A DNA stretch of 64,000 bases from a virus (taxonomy: Duplodnaviria > Caudoviricetes). The notes under the pieces are model-generated. The model did no database searches. It was not told the DNA's origin and was given only the letters and a program-made list of their open reading frames with translations. Position 1 is the first letter of the stretch. Each line of letters opens with the position of its first letter. Position numbers and translations under genes: made by a program. Positions 19,601 through 29,363 of the stretch are shown in pieces. The DNA is taken from IMG/VR virus record IMGVR_UViG_3300046318_000318. The stretch is one strand, 5' to 3'.

Positions 19601-20131
19601 TCAGCTGATTTCTTCTCAGGTAACGCAATAGTATCCGCACAAAGCCCTATAACTACATTTAGAACAAAAGTATGTGACGTTTATTCTACCGCATCTATAG
19701 TCGCATCTATGACATCGCCGACGACAATGTCTGGTTATATACCTAAAAATAATCCTAACGATATATGGGTAGGTTGGGGCGCTAATACTGCTGATAACAC
19801 TATGAACGCCACATATATGTTAGCATCAGCAAGCGCACCGCAAACAGCTATAGATCAAGCTATGGCTTTGTATGGTGGTAACGTTAAGATGCGTACCTAT
19901 GAGTACTTACTTGGTTTGAACGGTGTTACATACAGTGCTTCAGAACTTAGTACTAATGCGGGTAGTTATTTGTACTGGTTCAGTGTAAATCTTGCTAATG
20001 CCTCAAGTGATGGACACAACGTCTCTATCACAAATAATTCTTTATGGCAATTGACATTTAATATAGATGGTACATTCACAGGCGTTTACGCTGGTGAGAT
20101 AGTTCCTAGTGATTTTGGTGGCCCTCCATAA
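16649..20131 (+). CDS. Large Fn3-repeat / Calx-beta-like virion appendage protein
   Basis: Several Fn3-like units (TYYIRARH, TYYLRIRH, TYYARVSY, VLYFRMRY); Calx-beta-like segment (YNEGESAVFILT...ADNFTDGDK). Confidence 0.65.
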   Translation: MSKHIYKNDSGSSSYIASISNGGTGGASATQAADKLGLLTTDMLGVEKGLALLESVSGQPVLSMVTLGDEAIVNRVSVIGLTNADINTQQTYTIVNYDSFTKYAVVAINGSVDSVNGAEIRYTTPAVPGECGFTINGQKILLRAIAGAYVNPPTITSPVNNSLDKGPDVTITTSPFQTTGGTDNHLSTDYHIAEDPLFETGFVAYSNQIAGKTSFTIPSLQAVKTYYIRARHRGEMLSVSGWSAVAMFTTKTVYKPNKPSITSPLNAQEGLGPNLTATSSAYSLTGSSESLLADVEWQLSKSNTFSPLINSSSETGLNAIWNSIDYSSTYYLRIRHTSNIGTAPSDWSDVISFMSGAIPNPNTPTITAPVGQQDIDLILTADAFHSDVGETHASSTWQISTDSSFATIVSTKSVTNSTTHLTTYTVLGLNTATTYYARVSYKSDQGRSSAFSAPVSFNTLGVLVDTPTITFVSGADPYLNALSSYYVANDSAGPVSKMHWQVYTTSDFTSGVVYDQEDNYNGTGNPSLTGIYLPPSTVLYFRMRYKSANGFYSGYSNVLTSTSRSYLTPPTLNTATVAEATGTFSWNRGSNTVVGVATSYRFSLYPTSDFSGVGVDINTASSTINATLVYDTTYYWKVEQTDTLTSAGYTEVKTSTTGTVSVGAQPDVVYTLTSSVDTYNEGESAVFILTKSREDTSGDFLTFSGDAGNVADINYLLENTLSFGAGIDAQLIVTVPLLADNFTDGDKILTANWRTGSITGPIVASKSITVVDVSLTPVTQPSVQQPTLTFTDNTGPNLSILATDYSANAEAGVLETVIWQWSSDATFTVVDGEHRIDSTGSTGYDFNNTDYRVLNNIYLPPGTTIYIRVTYISASATNAVSNFISGSIASGAYITAGTITNPANDSLDFDPIYGSLDTPISSTQFSLFPGSQSTTFLNIWKAGWSEQSAQEWMTSPIVDYPGHEFGLLNLEYDTQYNARIRTVASADFFSGNAIVSAQSPITTFRTKVCDVYSTASIVASMTSPTTMSGYIPKNNPNDIWVGWGANTADNTMNATYMLASASAPQTAIDQAMALYGGNVKMRTYEYLLGLNGVTYSASELSTNAGSYLYWFSVNLANASSDGHNVSITNNSLWQLTFNIDGTFTGVYAGEIVPSDFGGPP

Positions 20132-20142
20132 TCAGAGCATAG

Positions 20143-20174
20143 TCCTATACCAGACCCTAGGGTCTGGTATAGGA
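20143..20174. terminator. Perfect 32-bp palindrome, bidirectional terminator
   Basis: tcctataccagaccct|agggtctggtatagga between convergent genes. Confidence 0.75.
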
Positions 20175-20187
20175 GTTATGCTCTATT

Positions 20188-20604
20188 TTAACTAAAACCC
20201 AAAAGTATAGCCATAAGCTCAGCGGCAGTTTTAAAGAAAGATGTTATGTCGTCACCTTCTCTGAGTTCTAATATGGCTTTTATAGCTGCTACGCTAAACA
20301 CCAATACAGTAACTACAGTAGCGCTTATAAGTGCCCAACGTATAACAGCAGAACGCTTCAAATCATCTTTTGCTTTTAGCAATTCTAATTCAGCTCTAAC
20401 TGTATCAGCTTTATGATCTTCTATCTCTTCACCCTCAGCAAAATGAGTATCTACCATATCTTCCAATATAGCGATCTTTTCTTGCTTGGATAAAGTCTCG
20501 AAAATAGGTAAGATGTTTTCTCTCACATCCCCATCATGATCGTCGTTAGCATGAGACTTGATTCTCAGTAAAGCACTTTTAAACTTACTTACATTATCGG
20601 ACAT
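20188..20604 (-). CDS. Membrane protein with C-terminal hydrophobic helices
   Basis: 138 aa, WALISATVVTVLVFSVAAI. Confidence 0.6.
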   Translation of the reverse strand: MSDNVSKFKSALLRIKSHANDDHDGDVRENILPIFETLSKQEKIAILEDMVDTHFAEGEEIEDHKADTVRAELELLKAKDDLKRSAVIRWALISATVVTVLVFSVAAIKAILELREGDDITSFFKTAAELMAILLGFS

Positions 20605-20605
20605 G

Positions 20606-21361
20606 TTAAGACTCCTGTGTAGGCAGAGGCTGTGCCTGAGCAGGCTGTGCTATTTTCTGAGCTTCGGGGGTCTCATCAAAAGGTGGTAGATTCCATTCAT
20701 TATCCCAGATCTTACCCATGAGTTCTTTTTCAGCTGGTACTTGAGAACTACCCAACATACTTTTCTCAGGTTTAAAGGGAAGATGAGAAACCTTCAGGAT
20801 AACTCTAACAGGTTTACCCTCAGACTTTTCATTGATCAAAGGCAGTATGGTATCTAACTCCACATCGATCTTACACCATTCAGACTCAGTACCGTCTTTC
20901 TTCTTATAGACATCTACTTCATAGGTCAGATTAGGCAAGACGATGACAGTCGTAGATCCGTCTTCTTTAACCAACTTCATCTCTACAGATTTAGAGTGGA
21001 AGACGTATCTGGATTTTTTTAAACGTTTCTTAGCTACGTTTCTGAAACCTTCAAAGAAGTCTTGATCTATAGCAATATTATACTCTGTGTTGTTTTGCAG
21101 AGCCTTATCACCATCCTTCTTAACCTTGTATGTAAAAGTATAAGAAGTCTCAGTATTCTTAACTTCTTTTCTAACCCTACATCTGACACCGTTCATGAAC
21201 TCACTTTCGATTTGTTCTTGTTCGATGACCTGAGAGGCTTGTTTCAAACCTTCGGGATTGGTAATGTGAGCATAGATAGCTACTTCGATTTCACTGTTTA
21301 ACTTACTTTGATTAACAGCATCATCTTCAAAAGCTAACTGCAGCATGTTAAATAATTTCAT
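20606..21361 (-). CDS. CYTH-like (triphosphate tunnel) protein, probably head-packaged
   Basis: EIEV, RCRVRK, KSRY, EVDVY, KIDVE motifs; N-terminal LAFED possible cleavage site. Confidence 0.6.
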   Translation of the reverse strand: MKLFNMLQLAFEDDAVNQSKLNSEIEVAIYAHITNPEGLKQASQVIEQEQIESEFMNGVRCRVRKEVKNTETSYTFTYKVKKDGDKALQNNTEYNIAIDQDFFEGFRNVAKKRLKKSRYVFHSKSVEMKLVKEDGSTTVIVLPNLTYEVDVYKKKDGTESEWCKIDVELDTILPLINEKSEGKPVRVILKVSHLPFKPEKSMLGSSQVPAEKELMGKIWDNEWNLPPFDETPEAQKIAQPAQAQPLPTQES

Positions 21362-21371
21362 AGATATCCTT

Positions 21372-22085
21372 TTACCACTTTGAGAAAGCTGGTTTGTGCT
21401 CTAAAGAAAGTAAAGCAGCAGATATTTTCTTTACTTCTTTGAACTCTTTCTCAGAGATCGCTGTGTGTAAAATTTGCCGCTTAGGTAAGCTGTGATTCAC
21501 CACAAGCTTATGGTAACCCTTAGGTAAGAACAGATCATCTTTATAGAAGAGTCCTTCTGGGTTCTCTATTTCTACAAACCAGGTAATTATGATCGCACTG
21601 TTGACTAGACCACCTTTACCTTGTAGGAGTAAATCTGCAAAAACTATTTTACCTACTGTACGCTGATTGATGTTCGTGTGATCCTTGTCATACCCTACTA
21701 TCCAGTGCTCTCTTGTTCTATCAGCATCTGGTACCAGAGTCTTATCAGGTATCAGAGCAGCTTCAAAATCAAGTCTAGAAATGACATAGCCATTTTTGAA
21801 CTTATCAGAATCCATCAAAGTTTTATCAGCTAGGATGTCATCCAGAAAAACCGCATACCCGTTAAGACAATCTTCTATATTCATAGAAGCACTTATACGA
21901 GGTACTGTTCTATCTTCCCCTGGTGTGGCCTTATAAGGCATTAAAGGATAGAAACTGTCAGGTGGATTCTTATCTATGCGTATTAAAAAAGGCTGAAGAG
22001 TCTGTGTCTTATCCACCACAGTGAAGTTTTTCAACTTCTGAGGAGTTTGATTCTTTATGTATTCCTTGAGATTATCTTTAGACAT
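21372..22085 (-). CDS. Hypothetical, probable head protein
   Basis: EDRTVPRIS motif; C-terminal SLEHKPAFSKW. Confidence 0.6.
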   Translation of the reverse strand: MSKDNLKEYIKNQTPQKLKNFTVVDKTQTLQPFLIRIDKNPPDSFYPLMPYKATPGEDRTVPRISASMNIEDCLNGYAVFLDDILADKTLMDSDKFKNGYVISRLDFEAALIPDKTLVPDADRTREHWIVGYDKDHTNINQRTVGKIVFADLLLQGKGGLVNSAIIITWFVEIENPEGLFYKDDLFLPKGYHKLVVNHSLPKRQILHTAISEKEFKEVKKISAALLSLEHKPAFSKW

Positions 22086-22086
22086 A

Positions 22087-22416
22087 CTACTTAACCTCTA
22101 GCTTCTTAAGCATATCTCGTTGAAAGTCTCTGGCTTTACCCATCTGACTATTACAATCTTTCAGATGTTTGTTAAGAGTAACAGAATGATTAATTAAAAG
22201 ACTTTCCCTACCTTTATCCCCAGCAGACATATATTCTGTCTTGCTAGGTGGGGTGGATATTTCACAATCTTTGAGTAGCTCATTAGGAATAGTGATATAA
22301 CTGTATTCAGTTTTAATCACAGTCACAGGCTCAGTTCTAAATGTAGAGCAGCCCATAATACCCACGGTGGAAATCACCACCATTAAACGCCAGTAGCTGT
22401 ACCAGATTTGAAACAT
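22087..22416 (-). CDS. Putative o-spanin (Rz1-like lipoprotein)
   Basis: Signal peptide with lipobox IMGC, YITIP..LL.DC pattern, overlaps 3' end of upstream gene. Confidence 0.7.
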   Translation of the reverse strand: MFQIWYSYWRLMVVISTVGIMGCSTFRTEPVTVIKTEYSYITIPNELLKDCEISTPPSKTEYMSAGDKGRESLLINHSVTLNKHLKDCNSQMGKARDFQRDMLKKLEVK

Positions 22417-22898
22417 TTCTCATCTCCATCACAAAAAGATTCCCACAAAGCCTCGATATTTACTTCACTTGCCTTTTCACGGTAAGCTTCAACATCCGTA
22501 TCTGTAACACCAGGATCTGTATCTAATCCTTCGATGTCTTTAATACCTTTAGATTTCTGAAGATCAGAAATTCTTTTATCCTTTTTAGCCAGTATAGTTA
22601 CAGTACGTTTATCACGCTGGCTTAACTCAGTTGTCAATTCCAAAGTCAATTTCTCAGAAATAGCGATGCGGTTCTGAAGTATGTTAACTTCTTTGTCTTT
22701 AGAAGCAACAACTGCTTTCATGTCTTCTATGACTTTGTTTTGTTTCTCTAGTTCTACCTTAAGACTAGCCACAGTCTCAAAGCCAAACTTTTCCCTGATC
22801 TGGTCCATGTTAAAAAACATGAATAAAGATATCAGAAAAGTGAGCATGATAACCAAGTACAGACCGTACTTCTTACCTGCAAATAAAGCGGTTAACAT
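22383..22898 (-). CDS. Putative i-spanin (Rz-like)
   Basis: N-terminal TM helix, long coiled coil, C-terminal Cys pair. Confidence 0.65.
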   Translation of the reverse strand: MLTALFAGKKYGLYLVIMLTFLISLFMFFNMDQIREKFGFETVASLKVELEKQNKVIEDMKAVVASKDKEVNILQNRIAISEKLTLELTTELSQRDKRTVTILAKKDKRISDLQKSKGIKDIEGLDTDPGVTDTDVEAYREKASEVNIEALWESFCDGDEKCFKSGTATGV

Positions 22899-23476
22899 AA
22901 GTTCATTTCTCCATTGTTCTTAATGAAAGTATAGCCTATAGCTATAGAGTCTATAGCGTGTTCATCCAGACTATCTAAACTAACCTTTAACACAGGTAGT
23001 ATTAAAGGATTCCTAAGGATAGCTTCCTTAACAGAACCTTTGTCGCTGCTCATAGTAGCCCCTATGGTTTTCTTAACCACCATAGGTTCTATGGTTCTGA
23101 AGAGTGTGTTGTGATTATGGGTTATGACACAATCATGCAGATGACTTATTACCTCTACTAAAGAAGCATAAGCACTGGGTCTAAAGCTTGAATAGAAAGG
23201 ACTTTCACAAGCCACCACTACAGGGTTATAGGTTCTGATCACATTTGAAAAAGCATTCTTAAGTCTATACAACTTAAATACTCTTTCAGGATGATAGTCT
23301 TCTTCAAACTCTATTGTATTTTCAAGATGTTCGTTAACCAGAGTAAAGGCAGTTATACTAACTACTTTCTTGCTCATCATGTCAATTTCGTAGACTGAAA
23401 CACCTGTTCTATTTAACCCTGGATCCACAGACACCATGTTATACGATTTAAAGCCATCAGGTATATCTAGAGGCAT
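22892..23476 (-). CDS. ruvC: RuvC-like Holliday junction resolvase
   Basis: VSVDPGLNRTG, VACESP, HAIDSIAIG acidic catalytic motifs. Confidence 0.8.
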   Translation of the reverse strand: MPLDIPDGFKSYNMVSVDPGLNRTGVSVYEIDMMSKKVVSITAFTLVNEHLENTIEFEEDYHPERVFKLYRLKNAFSNVIRTYNPVVVACESPFYSSFRPSAYASLVEVISHLHDCVITHNHNTLFRTIEPMVVKKTIGATMSSDKGSVKEAILRNPLILPVLKVSLDSLDEHAIDSIAIGYTFIKNNGEMNLC

Positions 23477-23530
23477 AAGACTTACCTTTTTTATTTAATA
23501 CAATTTCATAGCATATAAAAACAGGGTAAA

Positions 23531-23563
23531 TATCTGACTGAGCCTTCAGTGGCTCAGTCAGAT
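23531..23563 (-). terminator. Intrinsic terminator
   Basis: tatctgactgagcc-ttcagt-ggctcagtcagata. Confidence 0.65.
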
Positions 23564-23568
23564 ATGGT

Positions 23569-24408
23569 TTAGCTAAGAGTCAGCAAAGGTTCAACGCTAC
23601 CCACGTTCAGCATAACCGTCATATTACGGTTGATGGCGTTCATAGGCAAGAATGTACCAATGAAGTTACAAACCTGCATCGCTATGGCTTCGGTGTAACC
23701 AATAGAAGCACCGTTGAAGTCACCGGTCACGACACGATCCACACCAGAGCACAAAGCGATCTCAGAGATAATAGCGTAGTTAGGATCTCCATAGATCACA
23801 TTACATACGTTCATGAACTCTTCAATATCAGTAACACCCATGGTAAAAGGTACTTTGGCATTGGCAGCGATGTAATCACCTGTAGTGACCAGTACCCCGC
23901 CAGTGCCTATAGCAGGTGGGGTAGGGTTAAGATCACCAGCGTTAGGAGAGAACTCCACACTGGTAACCACACCAGAGTTTACTGTTCTCAATTCAAGAAC
24001 AGGTACTGTAGAAGAAACATCCATCAGTCTTGCATAATAAGCAGCGTAAGTAGCACCGTTATGCGTTTCCAATCTACGCATGCGATACTTGATACGCTCA
24101 GAAGCAGTCAGATCGTTAGCGATAGGTCGCAGAACAAAAGGTAGATGCTTGTACAAAGCAGCGTCACGAGGACGATGTTGTACCACTTCAGTCTTAGGAG
24201 TACCGTCAGCACCCACCGTAACTCTAACACCACCATTACCGATACACAAATATTTAAGTGTGGGTAACTCACCACCAGCTAAAGTCAATCCAGCGTGTAC
24301 GTTGAACTTCTCGTTCAATGTGCTATTGGGTTTGATAGTCAGAGGCAGATCCATGTACTGAGCTGTTTGCAGATGTGCACTGTAAACTGTACGTACGATA
24401 TTTTCCAT
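23569..24408 (-). CDS. Virion structural protein (phiKZ gp139-like)
   Basis: 279 aa, RTVYSAHLQT N-terminus, ISEIALCSG. Confidence 0.6.
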   Translation of the reverse strand: MENIVRTVYSAHLQTAQYMDLPLTIKPNSTLNEKFNVHAGLTLAGGELPTLKYLCIGNGGVRVTVGADGTPKTEVVQHRPRDAALYKHLPFVLRPIANDLTASERIKYRMRRLETHNGATYAAYYARLMDVSSTVPVLELRTVNSGVVTSVEFSPNAGDLNPTPPAIGTGGVLVTTGDYIAANAKVPFTMGVTDIEEFMNVCNVIYGDPNYAIISEIALCSGVDRVVTGDFNGASIGYTEAIAMQVCNFIGTFLPMNAINRNMTVMLNVGSVEPLLTLS

Positions 24409-24423
24409 GTTGATCCTTGTTTA

Positions 24424-26604
24424 TCAGGCAAATTTTAAAACTGACTTTTCTTCAGGAGTCAGAGATTCATAGATCTCATGTCCTAAATAACCTTTTTGGC
24501 TGTATAGTCCTGGTACATAACCTGGATAATCAGCTTCCATAACATGTCCTGGGAATAGTAAACTTACATCTGTGTCGTAAGTACCTTCTAGCAAAGCATC
24601 ATTTTTCAAAGTGATGACTTTATCCAGATTGATACTTACATCAAAGACATCAAAGTTTTTATCTATTACAGTCTCTATGTTTCTATCTACGATTACTTCA
24701 GTATCCGTGTCAAGAACATTGACTTCCACTTTAGCAGATTCTTCCAAACCTACTGTACAGAGTCTTTCCCCTACTCTGATGGCAGCCCAGTTAACAGGTA
24801 CGACTTCTTTGTCATTGATCTCTCTGAGATACTGTACGCTATAACTACTCAGCTGTACCATGATACTGATCATGGCTTTCTGTACGTTAGCCATCTGCTT
24901 AGTCTCATCTATGACATAGCCTGTGGCAGCCATAAAGATGTTCTTCATGAGATCATCAGCTTCACTATCTAGATAGTCATAGGTAGTTAGATTCTTCTCA
25001 GATAACCAATCGGTAAAGAGAGTTTGTGTAGGCATTAAGCTGTATCTCTTATCTCTATAAAGAGTATGGATCATCTCAGCTATCTGACCCCTATCAAACA
25101 AATCACCTGTATTGCCAAGTACAAACCATTGTCTTTGCACTGAATTATACAGTCTGTTTACCAATTCCAAAAAAGAAGAAGTTGAGTAAACAGGTATGAC
25201 ATGCGGCATGTCATCTAGTAAAGCTTGCGCTATCTGAGGCTTATCCGTAAAGATTTCTTTTTTAACACCTTTTAACATGGTGGTTAAAGAAGGTCTTGGA
25301 TTCCTTACTTCCTTGATATTGATGAAATCAGGTACATATTCACTGTCTAACTTAAATCTCTTATGTAGGATATAAGTATAGTAAATGAAAGCATCTGCTG
25401 TTTTCATTGTGTATATCTGAGAAGACTTAGGGTCCTTAAACGATGTATATACATCGTAGTATCCCATTCTGGTCAGTTGTACCCAAGTTCTAACCAACAC
25501 CTCTTCCATGGTGTCAGGTACTGAATCTGTGTAATCCAGCATAGACGACTGAAGATCCTTGCTCTGTATCACACTAGAGGAAGAAGTTTTCAACAGATGA
25601 GTAATCGTAGAAGTATTGTCATTCAGATAAGGTATGTTACCGACAGCTGTGGGTCTTTCGTATTCATACAACTTATCCAAAGAAAAATAATCTTTCTCAG
25701 GTACGTTGGTCTCTAGATTAAGAGGTTTCTTTCTAACCCTTACTTCTGGATAGATCTTATCATCAAAAGCAGCTAACTGCCTTACAGACAGTTCAGCTAA
25801 AGGTATACCTCTATCTGAGAGTAACTTCTCTATCAGAAGTTTGAATTGCTCTACCTTACCAGAGTTTCTTTCTAAATAGTTAATGTTTCTATAAAGAAAC
25901 ATCACTTGTTTGAAAGTCATGTACGGCATATACCTGTCTAATCTACCATGACTTGTCAAGTATTCTCTGATGTGAAAACTATGAGCTTCAAAAGTTTTAC
26001 ATTTCTCAGCTCTTAGATTTAAAAGCTTGCTGACTAAGTTTAAACAAAGTATAGCAAACTGAGCTGCGTTATATAAACTATCTGTCAAACCAAAAGCTTG
26101 CACATGCCATCTCTTCTGATAGTTCCAGATGTAGCTTTGCATTCTGGATATCAGGGTGGTTTCTTGTGGTTCTACAAGAGCGGGATCGTAACTGACTATA
26201 GTCCAATCAGGAGAAGCCAGTGTTTTAATCATATCAGCGGGTAGCAATATACCATTGATAAGCAACTCTTGTTCGGGATGATCTTTCAACAGACTGTAGT
26301 AGTATCTACTACCGTATCCGTATGCAGCCTTAGTGGCTGAGTGAGTAACCAGATTTTCCTTAGAAAAAACTATGGATTCGAGCGTATCTAATGATGTGAC
26401 ATACATAACTGTGTCTGTGGAATGATAAATTCCACAGATGTTTTTGTAATACTTCCATTGAGATTTGTCGTCAGGTTTACCGATACCTTTCGAAGTCAAA
26501 AGGTAATCCTGCATCATTTCAGCTGCTGTTTCTGATTTGATGCATATAGTTTTCACAAGCTTCTTATTGGCCTCTAGGTACAGTTTAAAGAAGTTTGTAT
26601 CCAA
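24424..26604 (-). CDS. Virion structural protein (phiKZ gp128-like)
   Basis: 726 aa, divergent from the portal as in phiKZ. Confidence 0.6.
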   Translation of the reverse strand: MDTNFFKLYLEANKKLVKTICIKSETAAEMMQDYLLTSKGIGKPDDKSQWKYYKNICGIYHSTDTVMYVTSLDTLESIVFSKENLVTHSATKAAYGYGSRYYYSLLKDHPEQELLINGILLPADMIKTLASPDWTIVSYDPALVEPQETTLISRMQSYIWNYQKRWHVQAFGLTDSLYNAAQFAILCLNLVSKLLNLRAEKCKTFEAHSFHIREYLTSHGRLDRYMPYMTFKQVMFLYRNINYLERNSGKVEQFKLLIEKLLSDRGIPLAELSVRQLAAFDDKIYPEVRVRKKPLNLETNVPEKDYFSLDKLYEYERPTAVGNIPYLNDNTSTITHLLKTSSSSVIQSKDLQSSMLDYTDSVPDTMEEVLVRTWVQLTRMGYYDVYTSFKDPKSSQIYTMKTADAFIYYTYILHKRFKLDSEYVPDFINIKEVRNPRPSLTTMLKGVKKEIFTDKPQIAQALLDDMPHVIPVYSTSSFLELVNRLYNSVQRQWFVLGNTGDLFDRGQIAEMIHTLYRDKRYSLMPTQTLFTDWLSEKNLTTYDYLDSEADDLMKNIFMAATGYVIDETKQMANVQKAMISIMVQLSSYSVQYLREINDKEVVPVNWAAIRVGERLCTVGLEESAKVEVNVLDTDTEVIVDRNIETVIDKNFDVFDVSINLDKVITLKNDALLEGTYDTDVSLLFPGHVMEADYPGYVPGLYSQKGYLGHEIYESLTPEEKSVLKFA

Positions 26605-26625
26605 TTTGTTCTCCAGGAGTTCTTA

Positions 26626-29304
26626 ATGAGCGAGAAGATAAATCAAGTAATCAAATCTATTAACTCTGGTAAAAATTACCCAGCTGTGGATTTGGTTCAG
26701 AAGAATCCAGAGTTGGCTGCTCTGGTAAGTAAACTTACCAGATCAAGAGATAGAACAGAATCTCAAATCATCAACTCAGATGGTAACTCAGCCATCGATC
26801 AGAGTCAGATGCTTGGCATATCTGATAAAATAAAAACCAAAAGAAAAGACAATGAAAACATCATTCAACTCTTTCCGGATATTGAATTAGGCATTCAAAT
26901 TCTGGTGAGTTCTATCTTGTCGCCAAAGGATATGGTCAAGACAGAACTTATTTACAAGCTAAAAGATAGTATTTTCCCTTCTGAAATCACGATGGGATTG
27001 CACGATATCGTTAGGAAACATCTGGAGAATCATTACGATTTGCTGAAAGATCTTCCTGTTCTTCTGAGAGAATCTTTGTTCGGTACAGGTAGTTACATCA
27101 AAACTGTAATACCAGAGTCTATTCTTGATGACATTATTCATCAGAGAACCATCTCAAAAGAATCTTTAAATCTAGCAAGTGAGTCTGGCTTCGCACAGAT
27201 ATCTAAGTCCATAGGTATCTTAGGCGGGTACGAACAAGATAAACGAATAGGTTTAGAATCTATCTTCACAGGTAGTAAACCAGCAGCCTCTTCAGGCGCT
27301 CTGTTCCAAAGGCTGAATGGAAACGTGAGTGTGTTTGACGATAAGATCAACATCACGGACAGCATGGAGTTGCTTAAGTTCAGTAAGCTTAAAGAATCTG
27401 TCAGAAAGAAAGCCATACGCAAACTAGCTGTAGAGAGTAATAGACTAGACAACACCATCATGACCAACATCATGTTTGGTGAACCCACAGGTAAATCACA
27501 GAACCTATTAGTAGTTCCTGATAAAGGATCTTCTTCTAGAAAGTCTATCGGTAGACCCCTCACTATGAAAATGCCTAGTGAGGCTGTCATACCTGTATAT
27601 ATACCCGGTGACGAAACCAAACATATCGGATACTTTGTACTGATAGATAGCTCAGGTTATCCAGTATCCGCTAACAGTAATCTTCAGGGTACTCAGTCTT
27701 TGAGTTCTTTGTGGCAACAAGCCAATCAAGGTGGTAGCTCTTCAGGTTTGATTCAAAAAGCCAGACAGAACTTGATAGCTGGTAATTGTAACGACACCAA
27801 CAACTTAGACCAGATAGTAAGGATCTATGGCAGTATTGTAGAAACCAATCTGGTAAACAGACTCAGGAACGGTGTATATGAATCTGAGTATGAGATTTCT
27901 GAGAATGAAGAAGTCTATCGGATCATGTTAGCCAGATCTCTGGCCGGTAAATTTACCACCATGGTTTATATACCTGAAGAGTTTATGACTTACTTTGCTT
28001 TTAAGTATCATCCAAACGGTACAGGTAAATCCTTACTGGATGATCTTAAGATCATTACAAGCATTCGTTCTATTCTTTTGTTTGCTCGTGTGATGGCTCT
28101 TACTAAAAGTGCCATTAACCTGACTCATGTCAATATGAATCTAGATCCTAATGATCCAGATCCAGAGAAGACTATCGAGATGGGCATGCATGAAGTATTG
28201 AAAATGCGTCAGAACTATCTACCTTTGGGCATTAACACACCCACGGATCTGGTAGATTGGATCAACAGAGCCGGATTTGAGTTTACATTTGACGGGCATC
28301 CTGGTATACCTCAGACCAAATTTGAATTTGAATCTAGAAATATTCAACATCAAGTACCTGATGATAGCTTAGATGAAAGTCTTCGTAAACAAACCTACAT
28401 GGCATTTGGTATTAGTCCAGAGACTATTGACAATGGCTTCAACTCTGAGTTTGCTACTACAGTAGTGTCTAACAACATTCTTTTGTCTAAACGAGTGAGC
28501 CAGTATCAAGACATTCTCTGTAGACAACTTGTCGATTACGTACAGAAGTTGTTGTCGTGCGATGAAGTTTTCAAGAAAGAAGCTTTGGATTTCCTTAAGG
28601 AAAACAAAGGTCTGATGGAGAAAACTTTCAGCGCTCAGGAAGTTAAAGATTTAGATGAAGATACTGAAGATGGCAATCTGCTGTTTGCTATTGAAAAGTA
28701 TCTGGAATATCTGGATATAGAACTACCCAAGCCTGATGAAACATCTGTAGACACACAGTTGGAAGCCTATACCAAATATGAAGAAGCTTTGGATAAAGCT
28801 ATTACAAGCTGGATCAGTCCAGATATCATAACGTCTGATGTCTCTGGTGAAATCAGTAGTTATGCTGATACTATCAAGAACATTGTGCGTGCTCATTACT
28901 TAAGACAGTGGATGTCTGATAATAACTTCTTGTCTGAACTGGGAGATATGGTCACCAAGGATGAAGATGGTAAAGCTAATATGGATGTCTTTGATATCAA
29001 TAAAGCTCACATCGAAGGTTTGGTGAAAATGTCTGTGCGGTTTATTGACTCTATGAAGTCTGTTAAAGCTGCTGCTGATAAGGATATACAGAACCTAGGT
29101 ACTGAACCTGCTCAGTCTAGCGGAGACAGTTCACAGTCAGGAGATGGCGGTGGATCACAAGACGGTGGTGCTCAGGATGGCGGTATGGATGATTTCTCTT
29201 TAGATGGAGAAGATGACATGTCAGCTCAAGATGGAGCAGCACAGGACGGTGGCACGCAAGATGGTGAAGAAGCACAACCTGCTCAAGAACCGCCTGCTCA
29301 GTAA
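26626..29304 (+). CDS. Portal protein (phiKZ gp129-like)
   Basis: 892 aa, LFPDIELGIQILVSSILSP motif, synteny, acidic low-complexity C-terminus. Confidence 0.7.
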   Translation: MSEKINQVIKSINSGKNYPAVDLVQKNPELAALVSKLTRSRDRTESQIINSDGNSAIDQSQMLGISDKIKTKRKDNENIIQLFPDIELGIQILVSSILSPKDMVKTELIYKLKDSIFPSEITMGLHDIVRKHLENHYDLLKDLPVLLRESLFGTGSYIKTVIPESILDDIIHQRTISKESLNLASESGFAQISKSIGILGGYEQDKRIGLESIFTGSKPAASSGALFQRLNGNVSVFDDKINITDSMELLKFSKLKESVRKKAIRKLAVESNRLDNTIMTNIMFGEPTGKSQNLLVVPDKGSSSRKSIGRPLTMKMPSEAVIPVYIPGDETKHIGYFVLIDSSGYPVSANSNLQGTQSLSSLWQQANQGGSSSGLIQKARQNLIAGNCNDTNNLDQIVRIYGSIVETNLVNRLRNGVYESEYEISENEEVYRIMLARSLAGKFTTMVYIPEEFMTYFAFKYHPNGTGKSLLDDLKIITSIRSILLFARVMALTKSAINLTHVNMNLDPNDPDPEKTIEMGMHEVLKMRQNYLPLGINTPTDLVDWINRAGFEFTFDGHPGIPQTKFEFESRNIQHQVPDDSLDESLRKQTYMAFGISPETIDNGFNSEFATTVVSNNILLSKRVSQYQDILCRQLVDYVQKLLSCDEVFKKEALDFLKENKGLMEKTFSAQEVKDLDEDTEDGNLLFAIEKYLEYLDIELPKPDETSVDTQLEAYTKYEEALDKAITSWISPDIITSDVSGEISSYADTIKNIVRAHYLRQWMSDNNFLSELGDMVTKDEDGKANMDVFDINKAHIEGLVKMSVRFIDSMKSVKAAADKDIQNLGTEPAQSSGDSSQSGDGGGSQDGGAQDGGMDDFSLDGEDDMSAQDGAAQDGGTQDGEEAQPAQEPPAQ

Positions 29305-29315
29305 TCTTTAAATAG

Positions 29316-29358
29316 AAAAAAAATAACACCCTGGCCTTTTGGGCTGGGGTGTTATTTT
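29316..29358 (-). terminator. Cassette terminator T3
   Basis: aataacaccctggccttttgggctggggtgttatttt; identical to T5. Confidence 0.85.
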
Positions 29359-29363
29359 AATTC

